The notes beneath the pieces were generated by a model that saw nothing but the letters and a program-made list of their open reading frames with translations, was not told where the DNA came from and made no database searches. From Candidatus Rokuibacteriota bacterium (GTDB lineage Bacteria; Methylomirabilota; Methylomirabilia; Rokubacteriales; DASRDR01), in assembly GCA_044866005.1 (NCBI GenBank), contig JBIOTN010000083.1, positions 1-20,235 of the forward strand: 20,235 bases of DNA. The letters run 5' to 3'. This document shows positions 8,352 through 17,021 of this stretch, in pieces. Positions within the stretch are counted from its first letter, which is position 1. Each line of letters starts with the position of its first letter. The position numbers were made by a program, and so were the translations under genes.

Positions 8352-8716
8352 AGCTCAGCGTCCGGAGCTTCACGAAAGGCCTGACCTTCCACGGGGAAGT
8401 GGAGGGCAAGCGGCAGCGCTACTACGTCCTGTCCAGCCCGCGCGAGTACTTCGTCATGTCGGTGTCCCGGAGCAAGCGGGCGTCCGGTCACTTCAACGTG
8501 GTCGGCAAGTCGGCCGTCGAGCGCCTCTACCGCCGGCTCCGCGGGCAGAAGGGGCTGACGGCGAAGCGCGTCTTCAGCCGGACACGGAACCGACGGCTCG
8601 TCCCATCCCGGCTCACCGCGCTGAACATGCTCTACGTGCTGGTGGCGACGGACCGGGCCAGCATCGACGCGCGCCGCCGGTCCCGGGAGATCTTCTTCAA
8701 CACGAGGCGGCGCTAG
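8348..8716 (+). CDS. Hypothetical highly basic protein, 122 aa
   Basis: ATG overlaps the upstream stop; GC-rich third positions; Arg/Lys-rich; family not recognised. Confidence 0.75.
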   Translation: MKLSVRSFTKGLTFHGEVEGKRQRYYVLSSPREYFVMSVSRSKRASGHFNVVGKSAVERLYRRLRGQKGLTAKRVFSRTRNRRLVPSRLTALNMLYVLVATDRASIDARRRSREIFFNTRRR

Positions 8717-8788
8717 CATCCCGGGCCCCATGAAGGCGGCGTTTTCGCGGAGCGGCGGCGCGCGGGGCGGGTGTTCGGCGGGTCAGGC

Positions 8789-9286
8789 GTGAATCGGCCG
8801 GGGATCGGGCGGACGCTCGGGGCCGGGCTGGCGGGTGGGGTCGCCTTGAACCTCGGCATGCTCCTGACCTTTCGGCTGATCGGGTTCGGCTGGCACGGCG
8901 GCGGCATCCTGCTCGACGTGTCGATCCAGAGCCCCAAGCTGATCGCCGTCTGGACGGACCTCGAGCCCTTGCCGCTGATCGTGGCGAACCCGGCGCCGAT
9001 CGTGGTCGGCCTCGTGCTCTTCGGCGTCGGGCACGCCTTCGTCTACCGCTGGCTCTCTCCGGCGTGGCCTCCGGGCATCGGGGCGCGAGCCCTCAGGCTG
9101 GGCGGGCTGATCTTCTTCATGGCCTTCCTCTTCTGGGAGTTCTTCACCCCGTTCAACCAGTTCGGCGAGCCGCTGGCGCTGATCGGGCTCGAGCTTCTGT
9201 TCTGGGCGGTTGTCGCCCTCGGGGAATCGTCTATCATCGTGCTGGCCTGCGAGACCCTCGGGTCCACGGCGCGGCCCACGGGGTGA
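8789..9286 (+). CDS. Hypothetical integral membrane protein (~4 TM); start may be 8771
   Basis: Four hydrophobic segments; FWEFFTPFNQFGEP; coding-like codon bias. Confidence 0.8.
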   Translation: MNRPGIGRTLGAGLAGGVALNLGMLLTFRLIGFGWHGGGILLDVSIQSPKLIAVWTDLEPLPLIVANPAPIVVGLVLFGVGHAFVYRWLSPAWPPGIGARALRLGGLIFFMAFLFWEFFTPFNQFGEPLALIGLELLFWAVVALGESSIIVLACETLGSTARPTG

Positions 9287-9310
9287 CCTCGCCGCGCAAG
9301 GGGAGCGGCT

Positions 9311-9688
9311 ATGAAACCGAGTCGATGGCTCTATGGCCTGGTGGGGGCGGTGCCGGCGTTCGGGCTCGGCGTGTGGGTGGCCGGCCTCGCCGCCCAGCCC
9401 GCGACCTTCGACGTCGTCCGGGCCCGCAGCTTCCAGCTGGTGGACGATCGCGGCCAGGTTCGCGGCGAGCTTCACCTCGGCGGCATCGACGGCAGCGGCA
9501 ACTTCCGGCTCTCCGATGCGTCGGGTCGAGTGCGCGTCAAGCTCGGCACCTCGGTCGAGGGGAACACCGGCTTGCTCCTGCTGGACGACGACATGAACCC
9601 GGCCGTGTCGATCGGGGTCGGTAAGGCGCAGGACGCGGCCATCACCCTCACCAGCCGGAGCGGCCAGACGCGTGTGGTCAAGCCCTAG
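9311..9688 (+). CDS. Hypothetical secreted or membrane-anchored beta-rich protein
   Basis: RBS GGGGAG; N-terminal hydrophobic segment; repeated (F/L)xLxDxxGxVR-type units. Confidence 0.8.
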   Translation: MKPSRWLYGLVGAVPAFGLGVWVAGLAAQPATFDVVRARSFQLVDDRGQVRGELHLGGIDGSGNFRLSDASGRVRVKLGTSVEGNTGLLLLDDDMNPAVSIGVGKAQDAAITLTSRSGQTRVVKP

Positions 9689-9707
9689 GGGCGAGGTCCT
9701 CACCACG

Positions 9708-10686
9708 CTGGACAGGGCGCGCCCCGCACTCCTCGTGGTCCTCCTGCTCACATCGCTCGGCGCGGCGCGCTCCTCCCACGCCCAGCCGACGCCCAGGACC
9801 CCGCGGGTGGGCATCCTGGGGGACACGTCGGGCCCCCAGTGGACCGCCTTTCGGGACGGGATGCGCGAGCGCGGCTGGATCGAGGGACAGAGCCTCGAGC
9901 TGGCGTGGCGCTGGTCGGAAGGCACGACCGACCGCTTTGCCCGCCCTCGCCGCCGAGCTGGTCCAGCTCAAGGTGGACGTCATCGTCACGGAAGGCGGGC
10001 CCGCGACCCGGGCTGCCAAGAAGGCGACCGCCACGATCCCGATCGTCATGACGATCGTCGCCGATCCGGTGGGGACCGGGCTGGTCGCCAGCCTGGCCCG
10101 GCCGGGCGGGAACGTGACCGGGTCGTCCTCGCCGTCGCCCCAGCTGACGGCGAAGCAGATCGAGCTCCTCAAGGAAGCCGTTCCGCGCCTGAGCCGGCTC
10201 TCGGTCCTCTGGAACCCGACGAGTCCGGCCCATCCGGTGGCCTTGAAGGAGATCGAGGCGGCCGCCGCGGCGCTCCGCGTCAGCGTGCAGCGGGTCGAAG
10301 CCCGGACCGCGGAGGAGCTCGAGAGCGCGTTCGCGGCGATCACCCAGCAGCGTCCCCACGGGCTCCTGGTGCTGGCGACGCCGATCTTCGACGCCCAGCA
10401 GCGACGGATCGCCGACTTCGCCGCCCGGAGCCGGCTCCCGGCCGTGTTCAACAAGCCGCTCTTCGCCGAGGCCGGCGGCCTCATGGCCTATGGCGCGCGC
10501 TACGCCGATTTCTTCCGCCACGCCGCCACGTACGTGGACAAGATCCTCAACGGCGCGAAGCCGGCCGACCTGCCCGTCGAGCAGCCGGCGCGCTTCGAGC
10601 TCATCATCAACCTCCGGACCGCGAAGGCCCTCGGGCTCACGATCCCGCCGTCGCTGCTGCTGCGGGCGGATCGGGTCATCGAGTGA
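9708..10686 (+). pseudogene. ABC transporter substrate-binding protein (ABC_sub_bind family), frameshifted
   Basis: N-part RVGIL..AFRDGMRERGWIEGQ joins LPALAAELVQLKVDVIV..TIPPSLLLRADRVIE if one T is removed from TTT 9936-9938; no canonical start (CTG 9708 after GAGGT). Confidence 0.85.
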
Positions 10687-10702
10687 CAACGCACGCTTCG
10701 AG

Positions 10703-10921
10703 ATGACGAAGTACTGGATCAGTCTGGCTGCGCTGTTCCTGATTGCTTGCTATTGCCTGTACGCTGGTGTGTTCTTCGCCTGGGTAACGGCGACGCCGGT
10801 CCCGGCTCATTTGCGTGCTCAGGCCAGCCAGTATGCACAGCTGTGGCTAGGAGGCTTCGCTGCAAGCGTGCTGATCAGTGTGGGGCTGATCGTCAGGATG
10901 TTCATCATTGGCCGACGGTAG
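10703..10921 (+). CDS. Small 2-TM hypothetical membrane protein, 72 aa, lower GC
   Basis: MTKYWISLAALFLIACY..LIVRMFIIGRR; two hydrophobic helices; atypical codon usage. Confidence 0.65.
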   Translation: MTKYWISLAALFLIACYCLYAGVFFAWVTATPVPAHLRAQASQYAQLWLGGFAASVLISVGLIVRMFIIGRR

Positions 10922-11080
10922 TCCCGGGGAGCACCATCGATGAAGCTGGGTCCAGAAACGGGCCTTGGCCGTGTGGCAGGCAACTGCGCGTTTGGCAGGC
11001 TCCCCTGAACCTGGGGTTACTGACGTGTCGACTGATCGGGCTCGGGCGGCACCGCGGCGACGTGCTGCTCTGAGCGCCCG

Positions 11081-13486
11081 ATGACCACGCGGCTGATCGG
11101 CGCGCGGATCCCGCGGAACGAGGACCCGCGGCTGCTCCGCGGGCTCGGCTGCTTCGTGGCCGACGTCAATCCCCCCGGCGTGCTCCACGCGGCCGCGCTC
11201 CGGAGCCCGCACGCGCACGCGCGGATCCGCTCGATCGACCCCGCGCGCGCCCGCGCGCTGCCGGGCGTCCACCGGGTCCTCACCGCCGCGGACCTCGGGC
11301 CGGTCAACCAGCCGACGCCGCTCCTGATCCCGCACCCGGCCCTGACCGCGCCGCGCACCCAGCGTCCGCTGGCGGCCGACGAGGTCCGGTACGCGGGCGA
11401 GCTCGTCGCCTTCGTCGTCGCCGAGGACCGCTACGTGGCGGAGGACGCCGCCGGGCTGATCGAGGTCGCCTACGAGCCGCTCCCGGCGGTCACGGACCTG
11501 GAAGCGGCGCTCCGGGACGGGAGCCCGCGCGTCCACGCGGAGGTGCCGGGAAACCGCGCGGCGCGCCTCGTCCAGACGGTCGGCGACCCCGACGCGGCCT
11601 TTGCCCGCGCCGCGCACGTCTTCCGCGAGCGGCTCTACATCGAGCGGAGCTGCGGGAGCCCCATCGAGGCGCGCGGCGTGGTCGCCGAGTACGACCCCCG
11701 GGCGGGCGCGCTCCGCGCGTGGATCTCGACCCAGGCCCCGCTGCCGCTCAAGAACGGGCTGGCGCGGATCTTCGGCCTGCCGGAGTTCAAGGTCGAGGTG
11801 ATCGCCCCCGACGTGGGCGGCGGCTTCGGCACGAAGATCATGCTCTTCTACCCCGAGGAGGTCCTGGTCCCGTACGCGGCGATCCGCCTCGGGCGGCCCG
11901 TGAAGTGGATCGAGGACCGGCTCGAGCACCTCACGAGCGCGAGCCACGAGCGCGGTCAGCTCCACGAGGTGGAGGTCGCGACGGACGCGGCCGGACAGAT
12001 CCTCGCCCTGCGCGACCGCTTCCTCCACGACGCCGGCGCGTACACGCCCTACGGCATCATCGTGCCCCTCATCACCGCGACCCAGCTCCCCGGCCCCTAC
12101 CGGCTCCGGCACTACCACGTCGCCTTCGACGTCGTCTACACGAACAAGGTCATGGTGACGCCGTATCGCGGCGCCGGCCGGCCGCACGGCGCCTTCGTCA
12201 TGGAGCGCATGATCGGCCGGATCGCGCGCGAGCTCGGCCTGGAAGCCGCCGAGGTGCGGCGCCGGAACTTCATCCAGCCCGACGAGTTCCCGTGGGACGT
12301 CGGGCTCACCTTCCAGGACGGCGGGCCGACCCGCTACGACAGCGGCGACTACCCGAAGGGGCTCGCGCTGGCGCTCGACGCGATCGGCGCGCGCGACTTC
12401 CGCGCGCGGCAGGCGGCGGCGCGCGCGGAGGGCCGCTACCTCGGCCTCGGCCTCGCCTGCTACGTGGAGGGGACCGGCATCGGCCCCTACGAGGGCGCCC
12501 ACGTGCGGGTCGAGCCGAGCGGCCAGGTCTTCGTGGCGACCGGGCTCACGACCCAGGGCCAGGGGCACCCGACCACGTTCGCCCAGATTGCCGCCGACGC
12601 GCTCGGCTGCGACCCGGCCGACGTCACGGTCGTGACCGGCGACACGAGCCGCTTCAACTGGGGGGCCGGCACCTTCGCCAGCCGGGCGCTCGTCACCGCG
12701 GGGAACGCCGTGGGGATCGCCGCCCGCAAGGTCCGGGAGAAGGCCCTCCGCCTCGCCGCGGAGCTCCTCGAGGTCGCGCCGCAGGACCTGGAGGTGGCCT
12801 CCGGCGCCGTGCGCGTGCGCGGCGTCCCGAGCCGCCAGCTCACGCTCGGCGCGCTCGCGACGGTGGCGAACCCGATCCGCTACGCCTACGGGAAGGAGGC
12901 CGCGGAGGCGGCGCTCCGCCTCGTGAAGCCGCGGCAGGGGGCCGTCCTCGGGGAGGACGAGGAGCCCGGGCTCGAGGCGCGCGGCTACTACGCGCCGCCC
13001 CAGGCCACGTTCGCGAGCGGCTGTCACGCCGCGATCGTCGAGGTGGACGCGGAGACGGGCGTGGTCCGCTTCCTCCGCTACGTCGTCCAGCACGACTGCG
13101 GGACGCTCGTGAACCCGACGATCGTGGAGGGGCAGATCCACGGCGGCGTCGCCCAGGGGATCGGCGGGGCGCTCTACGAGCGGCTCGTCTACGACGCGAG
13201 CGGCCAGCTCCTCGCGGGCACGTTCATGGATTTCCTCATTCCGACCGCGGTGGAGGTCCCGGAGATCGAGATCCGGCACCTGGAGACGCCGTCGCCCCTG
13301 AACCCGCTCGGCGTCAAGGGGGTGGGCGAGGCGGGCGCGATCCCGGTGCCCGCGCTGGTCGCCGAGGCGGTCGAGGACGCCCTCGCCCCGTTCGGCGTCC
13401 GGGTGCGCGAGATGCCGCTCACCCCGAGCCGGATCCTCGAGCTGATCGCGGAGGGGCGCGCCGGGACGCGCGGCGGCCGACCGTAG
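11081..13486 (+). CDS. Molybdopterin-binding large subunit, xanthine oxidase family (form II CoxL-like)
   Basis: RNEDPRLLRG, RSPHAHARI, DVGGGFGTK, PYRGAGRP loop, QGQGHPT, VEGQIHGG, KGVGEAG. Confidence 0.95.
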   Translation: MTTRLIGARIPRNEDPRLLRGLGCFVADVNPPGVLHAAALRSPHAHARIRSIDPARARALPGVHRVLTAADLGPVNQPTPLLIPHPALTAPRTQRPLAADEVRYAGELVAFVVAEDRYVAEDAAGLIEVAYEPLPAVTDLEAALRDGSPRVHAEVPGNRAARLVQTVGDPDAAFARAAHVFRERLYIERSCGSPIEARGVVAEYDPRAGALRAWISTQAPLPLKNGLARIFGLPEFKVEVIAPDVGGGFGTKIMLFYPEEVLVPYAAIRLGRPVKWIEDRLEHLTSASHERGQLHEVEVATDAAGQILALRDRFLHDAGAYTPYGIIVPLITATQLPGPYRLRHYHVAFDVVYTNKVMVTPYRGAGRPHGAFVMERMIGRIARELGLEAAEVRRRNFIQPDEFPWDVGLTFQDGGPTRYDSGDYPKGLALALDAIGARDFRARQAAARAEGRYLGLGLACYVEGTGIGPYEGAHVRVEPSGQVFVATGLTTQGQGHPTTFAQIAADALGCDPADVTVVTGDTSRFNWGAGTFASRALVTAGNAVGIAARKVREKALRLAAELLEVAPQDLEVASGAVRVRGVPSRQLTLGALATVANPIRYAYGKEAAEAALRLVKPRQGAVLGEDEEPGLEARGYYAPPQATFASGCHAAIVEVDAETGVVRFLRYVVQHDCGTLVNPTIVEGQIHGGVAQGIGGALYERLVYDASGQLLAGTFMDFLIPTAVEVPEIEIRHLETPSPLNPLGVKGVGEAGAIPVPALVAEAVEDALAPFGVRVREMPLTPSRILELIAEGRAGTRGGRP

Positions 13487-13517
13487 CGAGCGGAGGGTCG
13501 CCGACCAGGAGGCAAGG

Positions 13518-14912
13518 ATGGACCTGCTCATCACCGGCGGCACGGTCATCACCATGGACCCGGAGCGGCGGATCCTGGACCCGGGCGCCGTCGCCGTCCA
13601 GGGCCAGCGGATCGTGGCGGTCGGCCCGGCCGCGACGGTCGGGGCCCCGTCGCCGGCCGCGCGCACGATCGACGCCACCGGGAAGGTCGTGCTGCCGGGC
13701 TTCGTCAACACGCACACCCACCTCTTCCAGACGCTCCTCAAGGGCCCGGCCGACGACCGCCAGCTCGAGGACTGGTTCCGCACCGTGGTGGGCCCGGCGG
13801 CGTGCGAGCTGACGGAGGAGGACTGCTACCAGGCGAGCCTCCTCGGCTGCCTGGAGGCGATCCGCTCCGGCACCACGACGGTCAAGGACTTCATGTACAC
13901 GCACCCGCGGCCGCACCTCTCGGATGCCGTGATCCGCGGGATGGTCGAGACGGGCGTGCGGGGCGTGTTCGTCCGCGGCTACATCGACTTCGGGCGGGAC
14001 TACGGTATCCCGCCGGCGCTCATCGAGTCGACGGACGCGCTCCTCGCGGACTGCGAGCGCGTCGCCAAGCGCTACCACGGCGCGGCGGACGGCCGCATCA
14101 CCGTCCGCTTCGGCCCCTGCATGATCTGGTCGTGCACGCGGGAGGGCCTCCAGGCGACCCAGCGCCTCGCGGCGGACCTCGGCCTCGGCCTCACGATCCA
14201 CGTGGCCGAGACGCGCTTCTCCGTGGAGAACGCGCAAGAGCGCTTCGGGGTCGGCGACCTGGCGGCGCTCGAGCGGATCGGCTTCCTCGACACGCCGACG
14301 CTCGCCGTCCACTGCGTGAACCTGACCGACCGCGACATCGCCATCCTGAAGGCGCGGCGCACCGCCGTCTCCCACAACCCGACCAGCAACATGTACCTGG
14401 CGGCCGGCGTCGCGCCGGTCCCCCAGATGCTGCGGGCCGGCGTGCGGGTCGGCCTGGCGACGGACGGACCGGCCAGCAACAACAACCAGAACATGCTCCA
14501 CGCGCTCAAGTTCGCGGCGCTGCTCCACAAGGTGCACACGCGGGACCCGACGGCGATCACGGCGGAGCAGGTCCTCGAGATGGCCACGATCGACGGGGCC
14601 GCGGCGCTCGGGCTCGACGCCGACGTCGGCTCGCTCGAGCCCGGCAAGAAGGCCGACGTCGTCGTGGCCGACCTCCGGAACGTCCACGCCGCGCCGGTCT
14701 ACCACCCGGTCTCCTCCCTCGTCTACGCCGCCATCGGCTCCGAGGTCGAGACGGTCGTGATCGACGGCCGGCCGGTCATGGAAGCCGGCCGGGTCCTGAC
14801 CGTGGACGAGACGGCGCGCCTCCGCGACGCCGAGCGCGCCGCGGCCGGGCTCCTCGGCCGCGCCCGGATCCCGCCGCCCGGGGCGCGCGGCTGGCGCCGC
14901 CTGAGCTTCTGA
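13518..14912 (+). CDS. Amidohydrolase-superfamily deaminase (MtaD/AtzB/TrzA-like); substrate unknown
   Basis: RBS AGGAGG; PGFVNTHTHLFQ, HVAE, VHCV, SHNPTSN, ATDGPASNN. Confidence 0.92.
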   Translation: MDLLITGGTVITMDPERRILDPGAVAVQGQRIVAVGPAATVGAPSPAARTIDATGKVVLPGFVNTHTHLFQTLLKGPADDRQLEDWFRTVVGPAACELTEEDCYQASLLGCLEAIRSGTTTVKDFMYTHPRPHLSDAVIRGMVETGVRGVFVRGYIDFGRDYGIPPALIESTDALLADCERVAKRYHGAADGRITVRFGPCMIWSCTREGLQATQRLAADLGLGLTIHVAETRFSVENAQERFGVGDLAALERIGFLDTPTLAVHCVNLTDRDIAILKARRTAVSHNPTSNMYLAAGVAPVPQMLRAGVRVGLATDGPASNNNQNMLHALKFAALLHKVHTRDPTAITAEQVLEMATIDGAAALGLDADVGSLEPGKKADVVVADLRNVHAAPVYHPVSSLVYAAIGSEVETVVIDGRPVMEAGRVLTVDETARLRDAERAAAGLLGRARIPPPGARGWRRLSF

Positions 14913-14936
14913 GCGGGCCCGGCCCCCCGGGCGCGC

Positions 14937-14967
14937 CTACCCGGCGGCGCGCGCTTGCCGTATAGTG
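14937..14967 (+). promoter_or_regulatory. Shared promoter-like motif upstream of the DUF1116 gene
   Basis: CTTGCCGTATAGTG (14954-14967) is identical to 19012-19025 and contains -10-like TATAGT. Confidence 0.55.
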
Positions 14968-14978
14968 GGAGGCCCGAC

Positions 14979-16238
14979 ATGAGCCTGGTGGACCGAGCCA
15001 ACCACACCGCCCTCGAGCGCCTCCTGGCCGCGGCGCCGGCGCTCGTGGACGTCCGACCCGCGCGCGAGGTCGTGCCGGCGCTCGGCGCCCGCGCGCTTCT
15101 CCACGCCGGGCCGCCGATCCCGTGGGAGCGGATGTGCGGGCCGATGCGCGGCGCGGTGACCGGGGCGCTCCGCTACGAGCGCTGGGCCAAGACCGTCGAG
15201 GAGGCCGAGGCGCTCGCCGGCTCGGGGGAGATCGCCTACCTGCCGTGTCACCACGTGGGCGCGGTCGGCCCCATGGCGGGGATCGTCTCGCCCTCGATGC
15301 CCCTCTGCGTGGTGGAGAACCGCCGGGCCGGCAACCGCGCCCTGGCCACGCTCAACGAGGGGCTGGGGCGGGTCCTGCGCTACGGCGCGAACGACGACGC
15401 GGTGATCGCGCGGCTCGGCTGGATGGAGGAGGTGCTCGGGCCGGCGCTCGGCGCGGCCGTCCGGCGGATCCCGGGCGGGATCGACCTGCGGGGCTTGCTC
15501 GCCCAGGCGCTCCAGATGGGCGACGAGGGCCACAACCGGAACCGCGCCGGCACCTCGCTCTTCTTCCGCGCGATCGCGCGCCCGCTCCTCGACGTGGGGC
15601 TGCCGGCCGCGCGGCTCGGCGAGATCTTCGACTTCGTCACGGGCAACGACCACTTCTTCCTCAACCTGTCCATGGCGGCCTCGAAGGCGGCGCTCGACGC
15701 CGCCCACGGGGTGGCGGGCTCGAGCCTGGTCACGGCGATGGCGCGGAACGGCGTCGAGGTCGGGATCCGCGTCTCCGGGTGCGGCGACCGGTGGTTCACG
15801 GGGCCCGCCGCGGTCCCGCAGGGGCTCTTCTTCCCCGGCTACGGGCCCGCCGACGCGAACCCGGACATCGGCGACAGCGCCATCACGGAGACCGGCGGCC
15901 TGGGGGGCTTCGCCATGGCCGCCGCCCCCGCCATCGTCGAGTTCGTGGGGGGCCGCGCCGAGGACGCCGTGCGCGCCACGCTCGAGATGTACGAGATCAC
16001 GCTCGGCGAGCACCCGCACTACCGGATCCCGGCGCTCGGCTTCCGGGGAACGCCGGTCGGGATCGACGTCCGCAAGGTGGCCGAGACCGGGATCCTGCCG
16101 ATCATCAACACGGGGATCGCCCACCGCGTCCCCGGCATCGGCCAGATCGGGGCGGGCATCGTGCGGCCCCCGCTCGCCTGCTTCACCGCGGCGCTCGGCG
16201 CGCTCGCCACCGCGCGCCCGCGGCCGGGCTCCGGGTAA
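14979..16238 (+). CDS. DUF1116 protein (YlbE/AllG/YahG-like, oxamate carbamoyltransferase subunit family)
   Basis: RBS GGAGG; LLHAGPPI, PCHHVGAVGPMAG, NEGLGRVLRYGAN, MGDEGHNRN, ARNG, PDIGDSAITE, INTGIAH, GQIGAG; 419 aa. Confidence 0.9.
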   Translation: MSLVDRANHTALERLLAAAPALVDVRPAREVVPALGARALLHAGPPIPWERMCGPMRGAVTGALRYERWAKTVEEAEALAGSGEIAYLPCHHVGAVGPMAGIVSPSMPLCVVENRRAGNRALATLNEGLGRVLRYGANDDAVIARLGWMEEVLGPALGAAVRRIPGGIDLRGLLAQALQMGDEGHNRNRAGTSLFFRAIARPLLDVGLPAARLGEIFDFVTGNDHFFLNLSMAASKAALDAAHGVAGSSLVTAMARNGVEVGIRVSGCGDRWFTGPAAVPQGLFFPGYGPADANPDIGDSAITETGGLGGFAMAAAPAIVEFVGGRAEDAVRATLEMYEITLGEHPHYRIPALGFRGTPVGIDVRKVAETGILPIINTGIAHRVPGIGQIGAGIVRPPLACFTAALGALATARPRPGSG

Positions 16239-16243
16239 AGGCT

Positions 16244-16591
16244 ATGGATGAGCGAATAGTGAGGCAGCCGCGGGGCGTGGCCGATCCAATGCTGACCGAG
16301 ATCGTACGCCGGCTCGTCGGGGCATACGAGCCCGAGCGGATTTATCTCTTCGGTTCTCACGCGCGCGGCGAGGCCGGGTCGGACAGCGACTACGATCTGC
16401 TCGTCGTAGTTTCTGACGACGCGCGGCCGGAGCGCAAACGGAGCCGCCTGGGATACCTCGCACTGCGCGGCACTGGGACTGCCGCCGACGTGATGGTCTG
16501 CACGCGACGCTATTTCGAGGAGCGGCTACACCTCAAAGCATCGCTTCCGGCGACGATCGCTCGCGAGGGGAAGCTGCTCTATGCAGGGTGA
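16244..16591 (+). CDS. Minimal nucleotidyltransferase (MNT) antitoxin-like; start could be 16289
   Basis: IYLFGSHARGEAGSDSDYDLLVV (GS..DxD); C-terminal IAREGKLLY. Confidence 0.9.
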   Translation: MDERIVRQPRGVADPMLTEIVRRLVGAYEPERIYLFGSHARGEAGSDSDYDLLVVVSDDARPERKRSRLGYLALRGTGTAADVMVCTRRYFEERLHLKASLPATIAREGKLLYAG

Positions 16592-16994
16592 CGACGTCCG
16601 GGTCGCGGAGGTCAGGGCCTGGTTAGTCAGGGCGGCGAGCGACCTGCGGGCGGCAGAGCATGATTTCGCCGCCGTGCCGCCACTTCTCGACGATGCCGTG
16701 TTTCACTGCCAGCAGGTCGTCGAGAAGACGTTCAAGGCGTATCTTGCGTGGCACGATAGGCCTTTCCGGAAGACCCACAGTCTGGAGGAGCTCGGTGAGG
16801 CCTGCATTCCGCTGGACAATGCCCTGCGAACGCTCGTGGACGCCGCCGTCCCGCTGACCGAGTATGCCTGGAAGTTTCGTTATCCGGGTGAGGTCGAGCG
16901 CCCGACGCGCCAAGAGGCGGAGGTCGCGCTGGCCGTCGCGCGTACCATCTTCGACGCGATTCGGAGCCGTCTACCCGAAGCCGCACACCCATAA
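16581..16994 (+). CDS. HEPN-domain protein, partner of MNT
   Basis: WLVRAASDL, FHCQQVVEKTFKA, FRKTHSL, FRYPG; overlaps MNT by 11 nt. Confidence 0.9.
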   Translation: MQGDDVRVAEVRAWLVRAASDLRAAEHDFAAVPPLLDDAVFHCQQVVEKTFKAYLAWHDRPFRKTHSLEELGEACIPLDNALRTLVDAAVPLTEYAWKFRYPGEVERPTRQEAEVALAVARTIFDAIRSRLPEAAHP

Positions 16995-17021
16995 CGATCG
17001 CCGCCAGAGCCGAGTCAGACT

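Noticed and set aside
9936..9938. Programmed ribosomal frameshift
   Set aside because: No slippery heptamer; a simple indel or sequencing error is more likely.
6851..11080. Prophage, IS or complete integron
   Set aside because: No integrase, transposase, terminal inverted repeats or phage structural genes seen.
5466..13486. Bona fide aerobic CO dehydrogenase
   Set aside because: No AYxCSFR motif and no coxDEFG accessory genes in the window.
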